From positions 1 to 64,000 of the forward strand of contig RBNJ01000010.1 of assembly GCA_003990765.1 (NCBI GenBank): 64,000 nucleotides of DNA, read 5' to 3'. Below the pieces are notes generated by a model. The model made no database searches. It was not told the origin of the DNA and was given only the letters and a program-made list of their open reading frames with translations. Of this stretch, positions 10,236 to 24,145 are shown one piece after another. The stretch is from Jimgerdemannia flammicorona (Eukaryota). The translations under genes and the position numbers were made by a program. Every line of letters begins with the position of its first letter. The first letter of the stretch is position 1.

Positions 10236-13200
10236 AGTTTCTTTTAAGATCTCTTATCAAAGTAACAGTATGTGAGGAGGATAGTCCTTTGTTGATATTG
10301 ATCTTCTTGTCAGGATATTTTCATGATATATGTCCTCTCTTTTTATAGTAGAAATATGCTCTCTTCTTCATAAGTTCTTCTATTTCCTTATCAGACAGTT
10401 TCTTAAATTCTCTTTGTGGTCTTAAGGACTCATTCTGGAGTTCATACTTCTTCTCAATTAGCATTGTTTATCTCCTTTATTGATAGTTTTATTATCTTTT
10501 GACCTTTAAGATATAAGGATAGTATATACTTAAGTAACAGCTTATCCTAAGCACTATTACTCATATAGGTAATTATAGAGTCATTCTTATTTATAGATTT
10601 TTTCTAATAGCTATTCAGAGATAGTATCAAAGAAATAAGTAGCTTGGGTTCTATTTATGGTCTGCTCTCACTAGCTATATTCTGCTCTAATAGTATTCAG
10701 AAGAGTTTCTAATCTTATATCAAATGCTTTAAGATCTTCTTTTCTATTATTATAAAATTATAAATTCTTAATTTTGGCTCTGGCTTCAGCAATATAGACA
10801 GAGCTTCAGAACTGCTGAATAATTAGCTTCTTTAGGTCTATAGTAACTAAATAGACTTCATAGTCAGAGTGATCATCATCTCTGTTACTTGTAACAACTT
10901 CAGTATAGATTTCTTAGATAAGAGAGTATACTGATAAGTTGTGCTACTACTAAACTACTGTATCTGTAAAGTGTGTGGTAATCTTTTCTACTTATGAGTT
11001 TACTGTTATATAGAGATCTTCAATCTCATAGTATATATTATTATCAAGGATGCTGTCTAGACTTCAGTTATTGTTTTATCCATTAGTATAGTAATTTGTA
11101 TCAACTTGTTCTATAAATGTTATTACTTAGTCTACTTTGTCTTCAAATGGAGTGAGGTAGAGTCCTTTTGTGAGCTTATTTATTTCAATACTGAGATAAA
11201 GAACTTGAGTAAGTATGGCTACTTAATCAGCTAATATTACTATCTTATTATCTACTAATATCATTATGCTATCTCTGTTTTTCATTTGGTAAAATGTTTG
11301 GGTTTCATCTTTTTCTATTATTATAGTATATTAATTGTAGTTTGGACTTAATTTTTCTATAATATTGCTGAGGTGAGTGAGCCTATAGCTAGTAGTTTTG
11401 ATAAAGTAATTGTTTTATCTACTATAATCTTTGATAGGATTGACATTCTTGGTAGTGGTTCTGTAATAGTACTGAGGCCACTAACATCTGGTTTGGGTGT
11501 TTTTTTGATTATTTTCCTAGGTCTGAATGATGTAGTGGGGGCTTCACTGGGTCTGGTGACTTGTAGTTCTTGTTACTGGATTATTCTTACTTATGTACAA
11601 AGAATTCAATAATAGAAGTAGAATTTCTTTTGATAGGAGTAATATTCTTTATAGTTTAAAAAGGTCTTAGCTTTGTAGTAGCAATTGTTTGGAATATGGT
11701 TCAAAAAGTGTTTAGTTGTAGCCTTAATATATTCTTAGATACATTTCTCATAGAAGTAGCTGCCAACTAGTTTGTTAAAATTCTCTTTAAGTTTAGGAGT
11801 ATAGAGAACTTCTTTATTGAGTATAAGAATACTTCTTAGATAGTTTTATTATCAAGTTTGTCAAACTTCTCTTAGCTAGTGTGGGGTTTGGTCTACTTAG
11901 TAATAATTCTATTAGATTCTTCTGCTTGAGTCTAAAGAGTATCTAGGGTGAAGATTCATCTTGACTATCACTGATAATATTAGTAATATTGACTAGTTCT
12001 GATAATTTGTAGTAGATTCTTAAAGAAAGTTGCTTATAAATAAGAAATAATTATCCACTGATACTTAATTATAATAAAACTATATACTGATAGAATTTAT
12101 ATATTATAGATAATCAATAGTGACCATCAGCCCTAAGTTTAGAGTTTTTGAGGAAGTGCTGAGTTTTGATTAAGAGTCTAAATATTACTTTTAGATTCTT
12201 GTATAGATAGAGATGGCCATACTTATATTCTAAGTTGATCAGGCTTAGAATTATTAATAAGTCAGATCTGGGAGTTTGTAATAAGAATACTACTTTTATT
12301 CTTATATATGAGAAAAGTGGAGCTGAGATCACAACATACTTAATATAGAGAGTATTTATATATGTTTGAAGACTATAACTAAATATAGTATTGGGTATAT
12401 CTATATAGTTATATTACTTTGAATAACTATAACAACTAGTCATAGTTACTCAAAATAGTATAATTATATATAGATATACCCAGTATACTATATTTAGTCA
12501 TAGCCTCAAATATGTATAAATACTCTCTATACTGAGTATATTATAACTTCAGCTCTACTTTCTCTAAATATAAAAATAAAGTAGTATTCTTATTATAGAA
12601 ATCCTTCAGATCTGACTTGTTAATAATTCTGAGTCTAATCAACTTAGAATACAAGTACAGCTATTTTTACTAGTATTAGAACTGAAAGCAATACTTAGAC
12701 TCTGCTATATTAGGCAACTGAAACTTAGTACTTCCTCAAGAATCCAGAATTTAGGGCTAATAGTTACCATTAACTATCCATAATATATTAATTTTATTGG
12801 TATATAGTTTTATTATAATTTGATAGTAGTAGATGGTTTCTCTTTACCTATAAGCAATCTTCCTTCAAAGAATCTACATACTATAGATAATTAGAATTGA
12901 TTAATATTACTAACATTGTTGGTAATAATCAAGATAAACATTTATCCTGGATACTCTTCAGACTCAAGCTGAAGAAGTCAATAGAATCATTACTAAGTAG
13001 ACTAAAATCTATATCAGCCAAGAGGAGTTTGATAAACTCAACAATGAAACCATCTAAGAAGTATTCAATACTTTTCTCACTCTTAAAAAAAGAAGTCCCC
13101 TATACTCTCAAACTTAAGGAAGATTTCAACAAATTAGTTTATAGCTACTTTTATGAGAAATATACCCAAGAATCTATTGAGACTACAACTGAATACTTCC

Positions 13201-14629
13201 TGAACAAACTCTCAAATAATTGCTACTATAAAGCTAAGACTTTTCTGAACTATAAAGGATACTATATCTATTAAAGAAATCTCATTTCTATTACTGAATT
13301 CTCTGTACACAAGTAAGAATAAATCAGTAATAAGAACTATAAGCTGTTAGATCTAGTGAAATTCTTATTATATCATCCAGATCTAGGAAGATAATTGAAA
13401 AAACCTCTGAGACATTAGTGGCCCTAGCACTATTACAGAACTACTATCAAAAATATCTAGTCTACTAAAGATCACAGCAGACCAAACAGTTGCTCTGTCA
13501 AAACCACCAGTCTACAGACTCACTTACCTTAGTGATATTATAGAAGAATCAAGTCCAAACTATAATCAATATACTATAACAATAGAAGAAGAAGATGAGA
13601 CCCAACTATCTCACCAAATGAATAACAGAGACAGCAGAATGATATTAGTAGATAATAAGATAGCAATATTGGCTGATCAAGTAACTATACTCACTCAAGC
13701 CCTTTATCTCAGTATTGAAATAAACAAGTCTATAAAAGGACTTCATCTCATCTTATTTGAAGACAAAGTAGATCAAGTAATAATATTCATAGAATAAGTC
13801 AATATCAATTACTATACCAATAGATAGAATGATAATCAGAGCCCAGATAGTATTCTTGATAATAATATATACTATGAGATTGAAGATCTCTATATAACTG
13901 CAGACTCATAAGTAGAAAAGATCACCATTTACTTTATAGGTACAGTAGTCTAGTAGTGGCACAATCTACTAGTATACTCTCTTACTTGGGAAACCTATGC
14001 TGAAGTTGTTGTAGATAATAGAGATAATAATTACTCTAACTATGAAGCTCACCTAGCTACTATAAGATTAAAGAAGCTAATTATTTAACAGTTCTATAGC
14101 TCTGCTCATATTACTAAAGCCAGAACCAAGCTCAAGAATCTGTGATTCTATAATAATAGAAAAAAAGACCTTAAAGTATTCACTACAAGACTAAAAACTC
14201 TTCTAAATACTATAGAAGTGAAATACAGCTAATGAGAGCAGACTATAAATAGAATCTGAGCTGTCTATTTCTTCAATACTATCTCTAAATAATTATTAAA
14301 AAAAATCTATAAACAAGAATGACTCTATAATTGCCCACATGAGCAATAGTACTTAGGACAAGCTATCACTTAAGCATATATTATCCTTATAGCCCAAAGA
14401 CTAAAAGATAACTGAATCAACAATAAAGAAGATAAATGATGCCAATTTAAAAAGAAGTATAAACCTCAGAATGAGTCCTCAAGACTATAAAGAGAATTTA
14501 AGAAACTATCTAATAAGAAATTAAAGAAGAAAGTATATTTCTACTGATAAGAAAACCAATACCAACAAAAAGCTATCCTCCTCACACACTATCACTATGA
14601 TAGGAGATGACTCAAAAGAAATCTTCAAG

Positions 14630-15060
14630 AAAATCAAGATCAAGAAATTCTATATTACTGCAAAGATCCCAGATAAAGTACATAAATCTAATACTAGCTA
14701 TAATCTCTACTCTAATATAGAAGTGACCATCAAATCAGATAAGCAAGCAACTATTAGCACAGGTAAGCAACTAACTATCAGCACAGATATCAGAATGGAA
14801 GTCCCTAAAGAAATCTATAGAAAGAAGTAGCCTGGCTAAAGAAAAAAGACTCTATGTAACTAGAGGAGTTATAGACTAAGAATTCTAAGACAAGATTAAG
14901 ATCCTACTATATAATACTGAACAAAAGACTGTTGAAATCATATGTGGAAAATGAATCACCCAAACTATCATCAAAGTAATATACAATGATCTCAAAGTAG
15001 AAGAAACAATGAATTATTATCCTCCAATAGAGAAAAAAAAACCTTTGGATCAACAGAAAA
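14630..15060 (+). pseudogene. dUTPase of C-right (between gag and protease)
   Basis: AKIPDKVH..SYNLYS...ISTG...SLAK...GVID...FGSTE. Boundaries approximate. Confidence 0.8.
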
Positions 15061-16106
15061 GCACCCTGATAAGACTAAGGAAAAGGCTAAGATATAGAAA
15101 ATTATCTACATTGAAGAACCTCAAGATAGAAATCAGAAATAATATCAGCACATTATTGATAGATATATCCATGAAATTAAGAGATACTGTTTTAAATATA
15201 TAAGAGAATATATTATATATATTCTTAAATCTAAGAAGTACAAGCCAATTATTTCAGAATAATTGAATAAAGAAATCAAGAGTATCAATAATGAAGATAA
15301 AGAAGCACAAGATTGAGAAGAGAAAACTACCCTAGAAATAATCACTGTCTGGTAAGAAATCAATATAAAATATATCTATCTATAAGGAAAATTGAAAAGA
15401 ACTCTGTTGAAGTCCTTATTGATAGTAGAGTAAGCAAGTGCTATCTTGACTAAGAAACTGCTGACAAATTCCACCTCAAGATATAAAGGAACTCAGAAAG
15501 AAATATTGCTACATTTGGAAATAGAAAAATACAGAAACTCTTTAAGATATTGTGATAGTATAGCCAGATTTGGAAGAAGGAAATAGAGAACAGATACTTG
15601 ATTGCACCCAGTCCCAAAGTAGTATAGCCACATAGTTAGTAGTCTCTGATTTCACCATTTGCTAAATATTTCGCAAAGTGCGAGATCGAGCTTCTTGATA
15701 TAGTATAGCATTTCGCAACTGGCGAAATATTTTACAAAGTGTTAAATGACTCATAACCTAGCCACATAACTCAGTAACCATCTCATAGCTAGCAAACTTG
15801 TATAAATAATCCAGTATCTTCAAGTGAATAAAACCTCAGATCAAAAGTGTTAGAAAAAGAACAAGTATACCAATAAAGGGACTTTCGGGATTATCTCTTT
15901 AAACACATTTGGCCTCAAGGAACTACCAACTCTGGGAGTCAAGAAGATAAGAATTTAAGATAAAGAAATCTGACATACTTGCCTATCTTAGCATCTACTA
16001 TATTACAACTTGGTGCCCATTGGCTGGTGATTCAAGATGAATCCCTCACTTTCAAGCTGAACAATGAATAACCGCAACAAGAACCCACACAATACAATCA
16101 GACAAA

Positions 16107-19100
16107 ATGGATATGAGACCACCTGTATTCTATAGATATACCTCTGATGAATCAATCATCACCTTCATTGATGATTTCGAGCAGTATACCACTGTAAGGA
16201 CCTTAAGTACAGCACAACAAGTTGTCTTACTCCCTGTAAGTCTCAGAGGCCCAGTAAGAACTGCATTCACCATGACTAATGTACAAGAAGCCAATAATCC
16301 AGCAAGAATTCTGGCTTTCAAGACCTGGCTCTGAGCAACCTACTATACAGACGAAATCAAACAAGCACTCAAGAATCAATTGAATACTATCTGCCAAGAA
16401 ATATCCAAAGACCCAAATATATTTTACACAAGAATCCGATACCAAATAGTCCTTGCTGACTACCCAGATGCAGTTCAGGACCAAGTGGCCAAGAATACCT
16501 TCATGAAGGGTATTCATCAAGAAATTGCCTTAGCTATCTGATCCACCCCAATGGCACTGGACCTAGCACAAAAGGTTACCTATGCCCAAAGATACTGGAC
16601 CACTAGACACCCTCAAGGCCACACGATGGAAAGAATAATAGGAGTAAAAATTGAACAAGCACCAAGGATCACCAATATAGTTCTAACTACTATAGTCAAC
16701 AGGAATACATAACTACAATCCCAACTACAAGAGCAAAGAAGAGCCAACCTAATGGAGGAACTGACCAAGCAGTTCACAAAAATGACCGTACACCTCAGTG
16801 ATGTGGTCAAGGAGTTCAAGAAGAAACCAGTACGGAAATTTGCAGCTACTTATGATAGATGATCAGTAACCTGCTACAGGTGTGGAGAAGAAGGCCATTA
16901 TGTCTCCGATTGCATGACAGAAACCAAGCGCAAGGCCAATCCAAGTAATCCAATCAGAAACCATAAACAGGCAAATACTATCACCTTTGAAGAGATTGGA
17001 GAATCTGAAGAGGAAAGGGAGGAATGGGAAGCTTATCCTACTACTACAAGTAAGAAGAATGTCCAAACCAGTCCCTACAAAAAACCTCCAGACAGACCTC
17101 CTAAGAAGGTTCAGATACTGATAAAACAACCAGAAACAGTCATCGAAAAGGAAATCTAGCAGACTGAAGCTGATCAAGATATGGAACTAGGACAAGATGC
17201 TGAACTGGAGTGAGCAGTAGAAGATATCATTCAAAATACCACCCCATCAAGTGAAGGAAAGAAGGAACAGAAATTGTGCAAGAGCAAGACCTTTAAGTAT
17301 AATATCTTCAAGGATCTCAAGGACCAAAAAGTAAATATAACCTTTGGCCAGCTAGCTGAAATCCCAACATTCAGACAGCAAATGAGAATGGAGATATCTG
17401 ATATTGAAAAGGATCAAGGCTACAGAATCATCGAAGCCAATAATGCACAAGAAGATTCTGATGAAGAAAGTGAAGATAATCGGAAGACATCAGCCTATGC
17501 TACCTGCCAGATTGAGGACCGAGTCTTTGAAGCTATCATTGATACAGGAGTAGGAGGATGTCTCATCACCAAGAAAGCAGTAGACCGCCTAGGCTGGGAG
17601 ATAGAAGAAGCCACCAAATTGGTGTTTGTCACAGCTGATAGAACATGAGCAATACCTCTGAGAAAGATCCAGGATGTACCTATCAAGTTTGGAGAAGCTA
17701 CCATCCCAGTAGATGTCATTGTCATAAATGCAACCAACTATGATATCCTCATCAGCAATCAATGACTTTACAAAGCTAAGGCAATGATTGATCTCAGTGC
17801 ACAGAAGATACAAATTGTCTACTGGAGAAAGAAGATCAGAATTCCCATCAATGTCCACAAAGGAGTCTGCCCTGAGATGGAGGAATAGCAAGAAGAAGAA
17901 GCCTACATGATTACCATAAAGAAGGGAAAAGGTAAGCAGTTGACAGAGGGGGAATAGTATAGGAGGATCACAGACAGATATGCCCCACTAGGAAGGTACC
18001 CCCATGATGAAAGAATGTACTACATCCAGCACTTGGATCACTGCTACTCCTGCATCATCAAGGTGAAAAAGATCACCAACAAGCCAAAGAAGAACCAGAA
18101 GGAACCAGAAAATAGACCACTAGAGCTATTGGATGACAGTAATAATGAAGAAGACATCACAGTCTAGATATGAAGGATTCACCCCAATGCAGTCATGCCA
18201 CAGTACAAATCAGAGAATGCAGCAGGAATGGACCTGTCTACCACAACATACACAACTCTTGAACCACAAACCACTACTATACTGGGAATAGGAATCGAAG
18301 TAACTATCCCACCAAATCATGTTGGAATCCTCAAGACAAGAAGCAGCTTAGCAAAGAGTAAAATATCCATAGAAGGAGGAGTCATTAATTCAGACTATAT
18401 AGGAGAAATTCTCCTCCTCACCAGGAATCATAATCCAACAATCTCATTTGAAGTAAGAAAGAAGGATTGGCTGGTGCAAATGCTCATCTTACCTGTCCTT
18501 AACCCAAGAATCAAGGAAGTTGCAAACATCAGACAAACTCAGTGAGGAAGAGCTGGATTCAGCTCTACAGGAAGAGGAGTCCTTGTAGCAACCAAGATTA
18601 CTGAATTGGAGCACAAGAAGGAGGAAAGCCAAGACAAACACACCTATGCAATTAGAAAGAACTTTCCCCTCAGGAAGGAGTTGCAGAACCTCTTGCATAT
18701 ATTTGAAGATGTACTGGCCATAGATTTCAAGGACATCAAGACCAAGAAACTCTTGTACTATCATGACATCAATACTGGAGATGCGAAACCAATCTATCAA
18801 AAAGCCTGCCCCATTCCACCAGCATACAGGAAATGGCTCAAGACTGAAATCAAGGAAATGGAGGAATCTGGTATCATCAAGGAAGCCAGCAGCCCTTGGT
18901 CTTCACCTATTGTCCTTACACCAAAGAAAGGAAGCTGACCAGGAGAATTTGCACCAAGACTCTGCACAGATTATAGAAGACTCAATGAGGTCACAGAGAA
19001 GAATAGACAACTATTGCCCAATATTGGTGACATTCTTATCATGTTGGAGAATGAATCACGATTTTATACCACTCTAGATCTGTTCTCAGGATTCTACCAA

Positions 19101-20060
19101 ATTGGCCTTACACCTGAAGCCAGCAAAAGATCAGTCTTCATCACTTCTGATAGAACCTATGTCTATCTCCGCATGCCTTTTGGAATGTGCAATGCACTAG
19201 CAAGCTTTCAGCAAATGATGAATAGCATCTTCAGGGATATTATGGAAAAATGGATGATGGTATATGTGGATGATGTGATCATTTTTAGCTGAATAGCTAA
19301 GGAGCACTTGGAACATATTGAGGAAATCCTCAGAAGGCTTCACAAAAATGGCCTCTACATCAAGCCCAAGAAATGCAAATTTGGAGAAGAAGAAATCACA
19401 TACCTCGGACACATCATCAACCATGAAGGAACACACACAGATCCCACAAAGATCAAGGCAGTAGCAGCATACCCAGTACCTACCAGTGTCACTGAAGCCC
19501 GAGCCTTCATGGGACTAGCATCCTATTACAGGAGATTTATTCGAAGATTCTCCCACATTGCCAGCCCTATCTATGACCTGTTCAGAAAAGAGGTCAAGTT
19601 TCAGTGGACACAACAACAGCAACTAGCCTTCGATGAACTCAAGATCAGGCTGACCCAGGCCCCAATCTTGAGAAGATCTGACTGGACATGAGAATTTATT
19701 CTACAGACAAATGCCAGTATAATGGGACTTGGAGCTGTCCTTGTACAGAAGAAGAATGGCACCGAGTATATGGTAGCCTATCTCAGCCAAGGTACTCATG
19801 GAGTAGAGCAGTCCTATGAGTCATACAAGCTAAAATGTCTTGCAGTCATCTGGGCTGTAGAGAAGTTCCACTATTACCTGGCAGGAAGATACTTCACCAT
19901 CCAGACAGACCACTCAGCACTTACCTAGTTGCTCACCACTAGTGAACCCAAAGGAATCTATGCCTAATGGATCATGAAGCTACAAGAATATGATGCCACA
20001 ATCACTTACCACCCCAGAAGAACCAATGCCAATGCTGATGCCCTCTCACAGACACCCTGA
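16107..20060 (+). pseudogene. gag-PR-dUTPase-RT-RNaseH polyprotein of B, one frame with no net indels
   Basis: CYRCGEEGHYVSDC, IIDTGVG, YVDD, ADALSQTP*; ORF-track fragments 16107, 16914, 17274, 18195, 18606, 19014, 19308 and 19722 share a frame. Confidence 0.95.
18160..18575 (+). pseudogene. dUTPase domain of B (between protease and RT)
   Basis: AAGMDL, RSSLA, GGVINSDYIGEI, LVQML, (R)GRAGFSSTG. Confidence 0.93.
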
Positions 20061-20085
20061 AGGACCCTACCCCCACAAAATCATC

Positions 20086-21276
20086 ATGAATAGGGAGCTG
20101 TACTATAGAATCATCAGCTACCTGGGGCAGCGAAAGATGCCCCCACATCTGGAAGAATGAACAAAAACAATTATTAATCAGACATGGAAACAATTCGAAA
20201 CTGATGGAGAAATATTCAAGAAAGGATAACAATTAGTCATCCCTGAGCACCAGAAGAATCAAGTAATGAAAGAAGTATATGAACAAGGCCATGTAGGAGG
20301 AACAAATACATATGACAAAGCAAGAAGAACCATGTGGTGGCCCGGAATGGAAGAAGATATCAGACAATTCATCAGAACCTGTGATAAATACCAGAAACAG
20401 AAACAAGACCAATGAGATCAAGCCCCCAGATCAGCAGACATCAAACCAGTACTATTTGCCCACATAGCAATAGATGTAATTGGCCCTCTACCTTTGACAT
20501 TAACAGGCAACCGATATGTCATCATGATTGTAGACCTATTCACAAAATAGGTAGAAGCTGGACCCCTCAAAGAAACCAATGCACAGTCAATTGCTGATTT
20601 CTTTCACAGAGAAATCATCTGCCAATTCAAGACCCCAAAACAAGTTACTACAGATAGAGGAACAGAATTCATCAACCAGTTCTATGAGACTCTGTATAAG
20701 AAATATAAGATCCAGTACATCAAGACCACAGCTTATCACTTGTAAGGAAACAGACAAGTAGAAAGAACCAACAAGATCCTCAAGAACATTATTGCCAAGA
20801 TCTGTAATGAATATGGAAACTGGGACCACTATCTTCCAATAGCATTATCCACTCTGTGGGACATATGATCACAAAGCACCCACTTCACACCACAAGAAAT
20901 GCTGTTTGGAGAAGAAAGTTCTAGTGGAAGTTTGTCAGTAAATAATAATGCAGTCTGGAAGCATGTGGACATGGAGATACAGAGATTGCATCAAATTAGG
21001 AAAAAGGCAGAGGATTACATAATCAAGGCACAGGCACTACAATGGAGCAATGTGGAAAAGATCCACAAGCTCCTAGAGATTATCAAAATAGGAGATGAAG
21101 TTCTGGTGTACTGGAATATAGTAGAAGCTTCTTGGTCATAAAAACTGGAGCCCAAGTGGGAAGGACCTTACCTGGTGCAAGATATAAAAGGGACCACTTT
21201 TCGACTATGAAAGCTCTTAGGCATAATAATCCCCACCACCATTCACTGAAACTGACTCAAGAAATATCATGGCTAA
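20086..21276 (+). pseudogene. Integrase of B, in the +1 frame relative to RT-RH
   Basis: MNRELYY...GHVGG...WWPGM...IDVIGPL...TDRGTEF...VERTNK...KLEPKWEGPY...KKYHG*. Confidence 0.92.
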
Positions 21277-21730
21277 TAACAAAAGTACTGTGATGGCACT
21301 CAAGATCACTAGCACTGCCCAAAGAGCCATCAAGAGACAATGGCATACCACTGAGCCTCTGACCATAGAGGAGTCTTATGATAGTATCCAAAGCATTATG
21401 TAGACTCATCTCTCTCGGATCTCACACTTCAAGGCCTATCAGCATCAAAATGAATTTCAAGAGTACTTCAAACTTGGCCAAGTACTCAACCAAGATCCAG
21501 AAATGACCAAAGAAAATTGGATCGCAGAATGCCAGCTCTCCTATTCCCAGATTACCATTGTTAAGAGAATCTACAAGCTATTCTGAGAGGATGAACCAGC
21601 ACTAGCCCATCTGTGAGGAGTGACTCCCTCAGACTTTGACCAAGTCAGGCGATACCATTGGGAAACAGTAATGCAATAAATCACACAATATAAGACCATA
21701 CAGACCATTGAAGCCTGGGAGTTTGAATAG
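21269..21730 (+). pseudogene. ORF-X accessory gene of B (153 codons; ATG overlaps the end of integrase)
   Basis: One frame with four stops, each explicable by C>T; MALKITSTAQRAIKRQW...EYFKLGQVL...KRIYKLF...GVTPSDF. Confidence 0.8.
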
Positions 21731-24145
21731 ATACTTCAAGGATGAGATCATCTATTCAGGAGGAAGTTGTGATGGTATAGCCAGATTTGGAAGAAGGAAA
21801 TAGGGAACAGATACTTGATCGCACCCAGTCCCAAAGTAGTATAGCCACATAGTTAGCAGTCCCTGATTTTGCCATTTGCTAAATATTTCGCAAAGTGTGA
21901 GATTGAGCTTCTCGATATAGTATAGTATTTCGCAACTAGTGAAATATTTCGCAAAGTGTTAAATGACTCATAACCTAGCCATGTAACTCAGTAACCATCT
22001 CATAGCTAGCAAACTTATATAAATAACCCAGTATTTTTGAGTGAATAAAACCTCAGATCGAAAGTATTAGAAAAAGAACAAGTATGCCAATAAAGGGACT
22101 TTCGGGATTACCTCTTTAAACACATTTAGTCTCAAGGAACTACCAACTCTGGGAGTCAAGAAGATAAGAATTCAAGATAAAGAAATCTGATGTACTTGCC
22201 CATCTTAGCATCTGCTATGTTACAATATATAAGAATACATTTTTACAACTTAGAAACTACACTACAAGATAAACCTTCTATATAGCACATCTCTATGAGT
22301 ATAATCTCATCTTTGGAAAATCCTGGCTCACTTAAGAGAACCCTTATATTGATTGGCAAATTAATATAATCTCTCTAAGAGATATCAAACTACAACCTGA
22401 ATACACTAAGAAGAAACCAAAGCCCAGATGTGATATTATATCTGCTATTCAGATAAAAAAGCTAATTTGAAAGTCAGACCAGTATATCTATATATACACA
22501 GTCAAGAAACCCTCAGAAGAAGATAATGAAGAACTCTCTGAACTTCTGAAGGATGAAGATGATAAAGAAGACAACCTCCAAGTACTACTTAAGAAATATG
22601 AAGATATTTTCCAGGAATCTTAAGAACTACCACTAGTTTGTACAGTAGAACATAGCATTGAGACCATCTCTGGGTCTGATCCTCTCTACTGTGGAATCTA
22701 TCAACTAGCCTAACCTGAGTTAAAAATCCTCAAGGAATAACTAGCAGAATTAACAGCAAAGGACTCATCTATCTATCAAAATTTCCATATAGTATACCAA
22801 TTCTTTTTATCTACAAAAAGGATAAAAGTCTCTAAATATATATTAATTACTAAGTACTCAACAAGATCTCAATCAAAAACTAATATATACTTCTAAAAAT
22901 TGATGAACTACTTGATTAAGTATGTATATAAGGTCAAGACCTTCTCACTTATTGACCTTATATTTAGATATTATCAAATTTGTATTAAAGAAGAAGATAT
23001 TTCCAAGACAGCTTTTTGAATAAGATTTGGATATTATAAATTCTGTGTGATGCCATTTGGCCTTACTAATATACCAGCAACCTTCCAAATACTGATAAAT
23101 GACATTTTCTAAGAATATCTTAGAGTTTTTATTCTAGTCTATCTATATGACATTCTGATATATAGTATGAGCAATATCATTTATTAATAACATCTATAGA
23201 TAGTCTTTGATATACTTCAAGAATACAAGCTCTCAGTAAAAAGAAAAAAATGTTATTTCTTCAGAAAGGAAATTTAATACTTAGGTTAAATTATCTCTGA
23301 AAATAATATTACTATTGATCCTAAAAAAATCCAAGCAATCTACAATTAGCTCATTCTGAAGACCCTCAAGTCTCTATGAGAATTTAATAGACTAATAGAA
23401 TATTATAGGAGATCTACATATTTAAGAATTCTCTGCAATTGCTACTCTACTCACAAGTCTTACTAAGAAAGGAGTCAATATCAAAAATGAATAAACAGAA
23501 GTATATACTATAGTTATAAATACTCTCAAGAGAATACTGACAAATATATTAATTCTGATCAGCCCCAATTCAATAGGACTCTTTGTAGTTACTACTGATG
23601 CTTCAAACATTATCATTAGAGCTGTCTAAACTCAATATAAATATCTTATTATCTATCTATCTCAGAAACTTAATAAGTATAAAAGAAACTGCACCATATA
23701 AGACAAGAAACTCCTTGCTATTATCTGATCTCTGTAAGTATAGAGACATTTCCTCCTTAGTAAAAAGTTCACCTTATGGATAAATAATCAAGCCCTTTGA
23801 TATATCCAGATATAGCCAATTCTCACAGAAAGATAGATCTGATAGATATAGATTTTTATACCTTTTGATGTTAAAATCAAACATATTGCTAGAACTAAGA
23901 ATAAAGTAGCTGATACACTCTCTCAAAGTACTCAGAAGGATGACCTTATAGCAATTAGCAACATCATTACCAGTCTATTTGAGGAAGTCAAAAAGGAGTA
24001 CATATATCAAGGATACCAATATATATATAAGAAATTACTAGACAAATTCTTAAAGAAGACAATAATATTATAAAGAATATCTACAAGAATGTATTTATTC
24101 AAAATAGATATATATATCTTGACAATATAAGAATTTAAGTTACTG

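Larger units (their letters stand above)
1..12440 (-). mobile_element. Ty3/gypsy family C, left copy (degenerate; 5' LTR remnant 12070-12440, long 5' ORF/gag, dUTPase, protease, start of RT; interrupted by element A; continues off the window)
   Basis: Reverse complement of 9048-12440 and 1-295 matches 12438-15550 and ~22229-22780; differences are mostly transitions. Confidence 0.9.
15551..22224 (+). mobile_element. Full-length Ty3/gypsy LTR retrotransposon B (relative of A; least decayed LTR element here)
   Basis: 457-bp TG...CA LTRs 15551-16007 and 21768-22224; ATAT duplication 15547-15550 and 22225-22228; PBS TGGTGCCC at 16011; PPT AGGAGGAAG. Confidence 0.97.
12435..24145 (+). mobile_element. 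Ty3/gypsy family C, right copy, 5' part (LTR remnant 12435-12817, 5' ORF, gag, dUTPase, PR, RT, RH, start of IN); hosts B; interrupted by D at 24145
   Basis: Decayed PBS TGATAGTAGTAG at 12821; RT motif VMPFGLTN at ~23047; RNase H TTDASN at ~23590; continues at 33483 on the minus strand. Confidence 0.9.

Noticed and set aside
14740-14790. 24-bp duplication in the C-right dUTPase (KQATISTG KQLTISTD)
   Set aside because: Absent from C-left; most likely post-insertion slippage.
21269-21730. ORF-X as an envelope gene
   Set aside because: In the env position, but short and with no visible signal peptide, cleavage site or transmembrane anchor.
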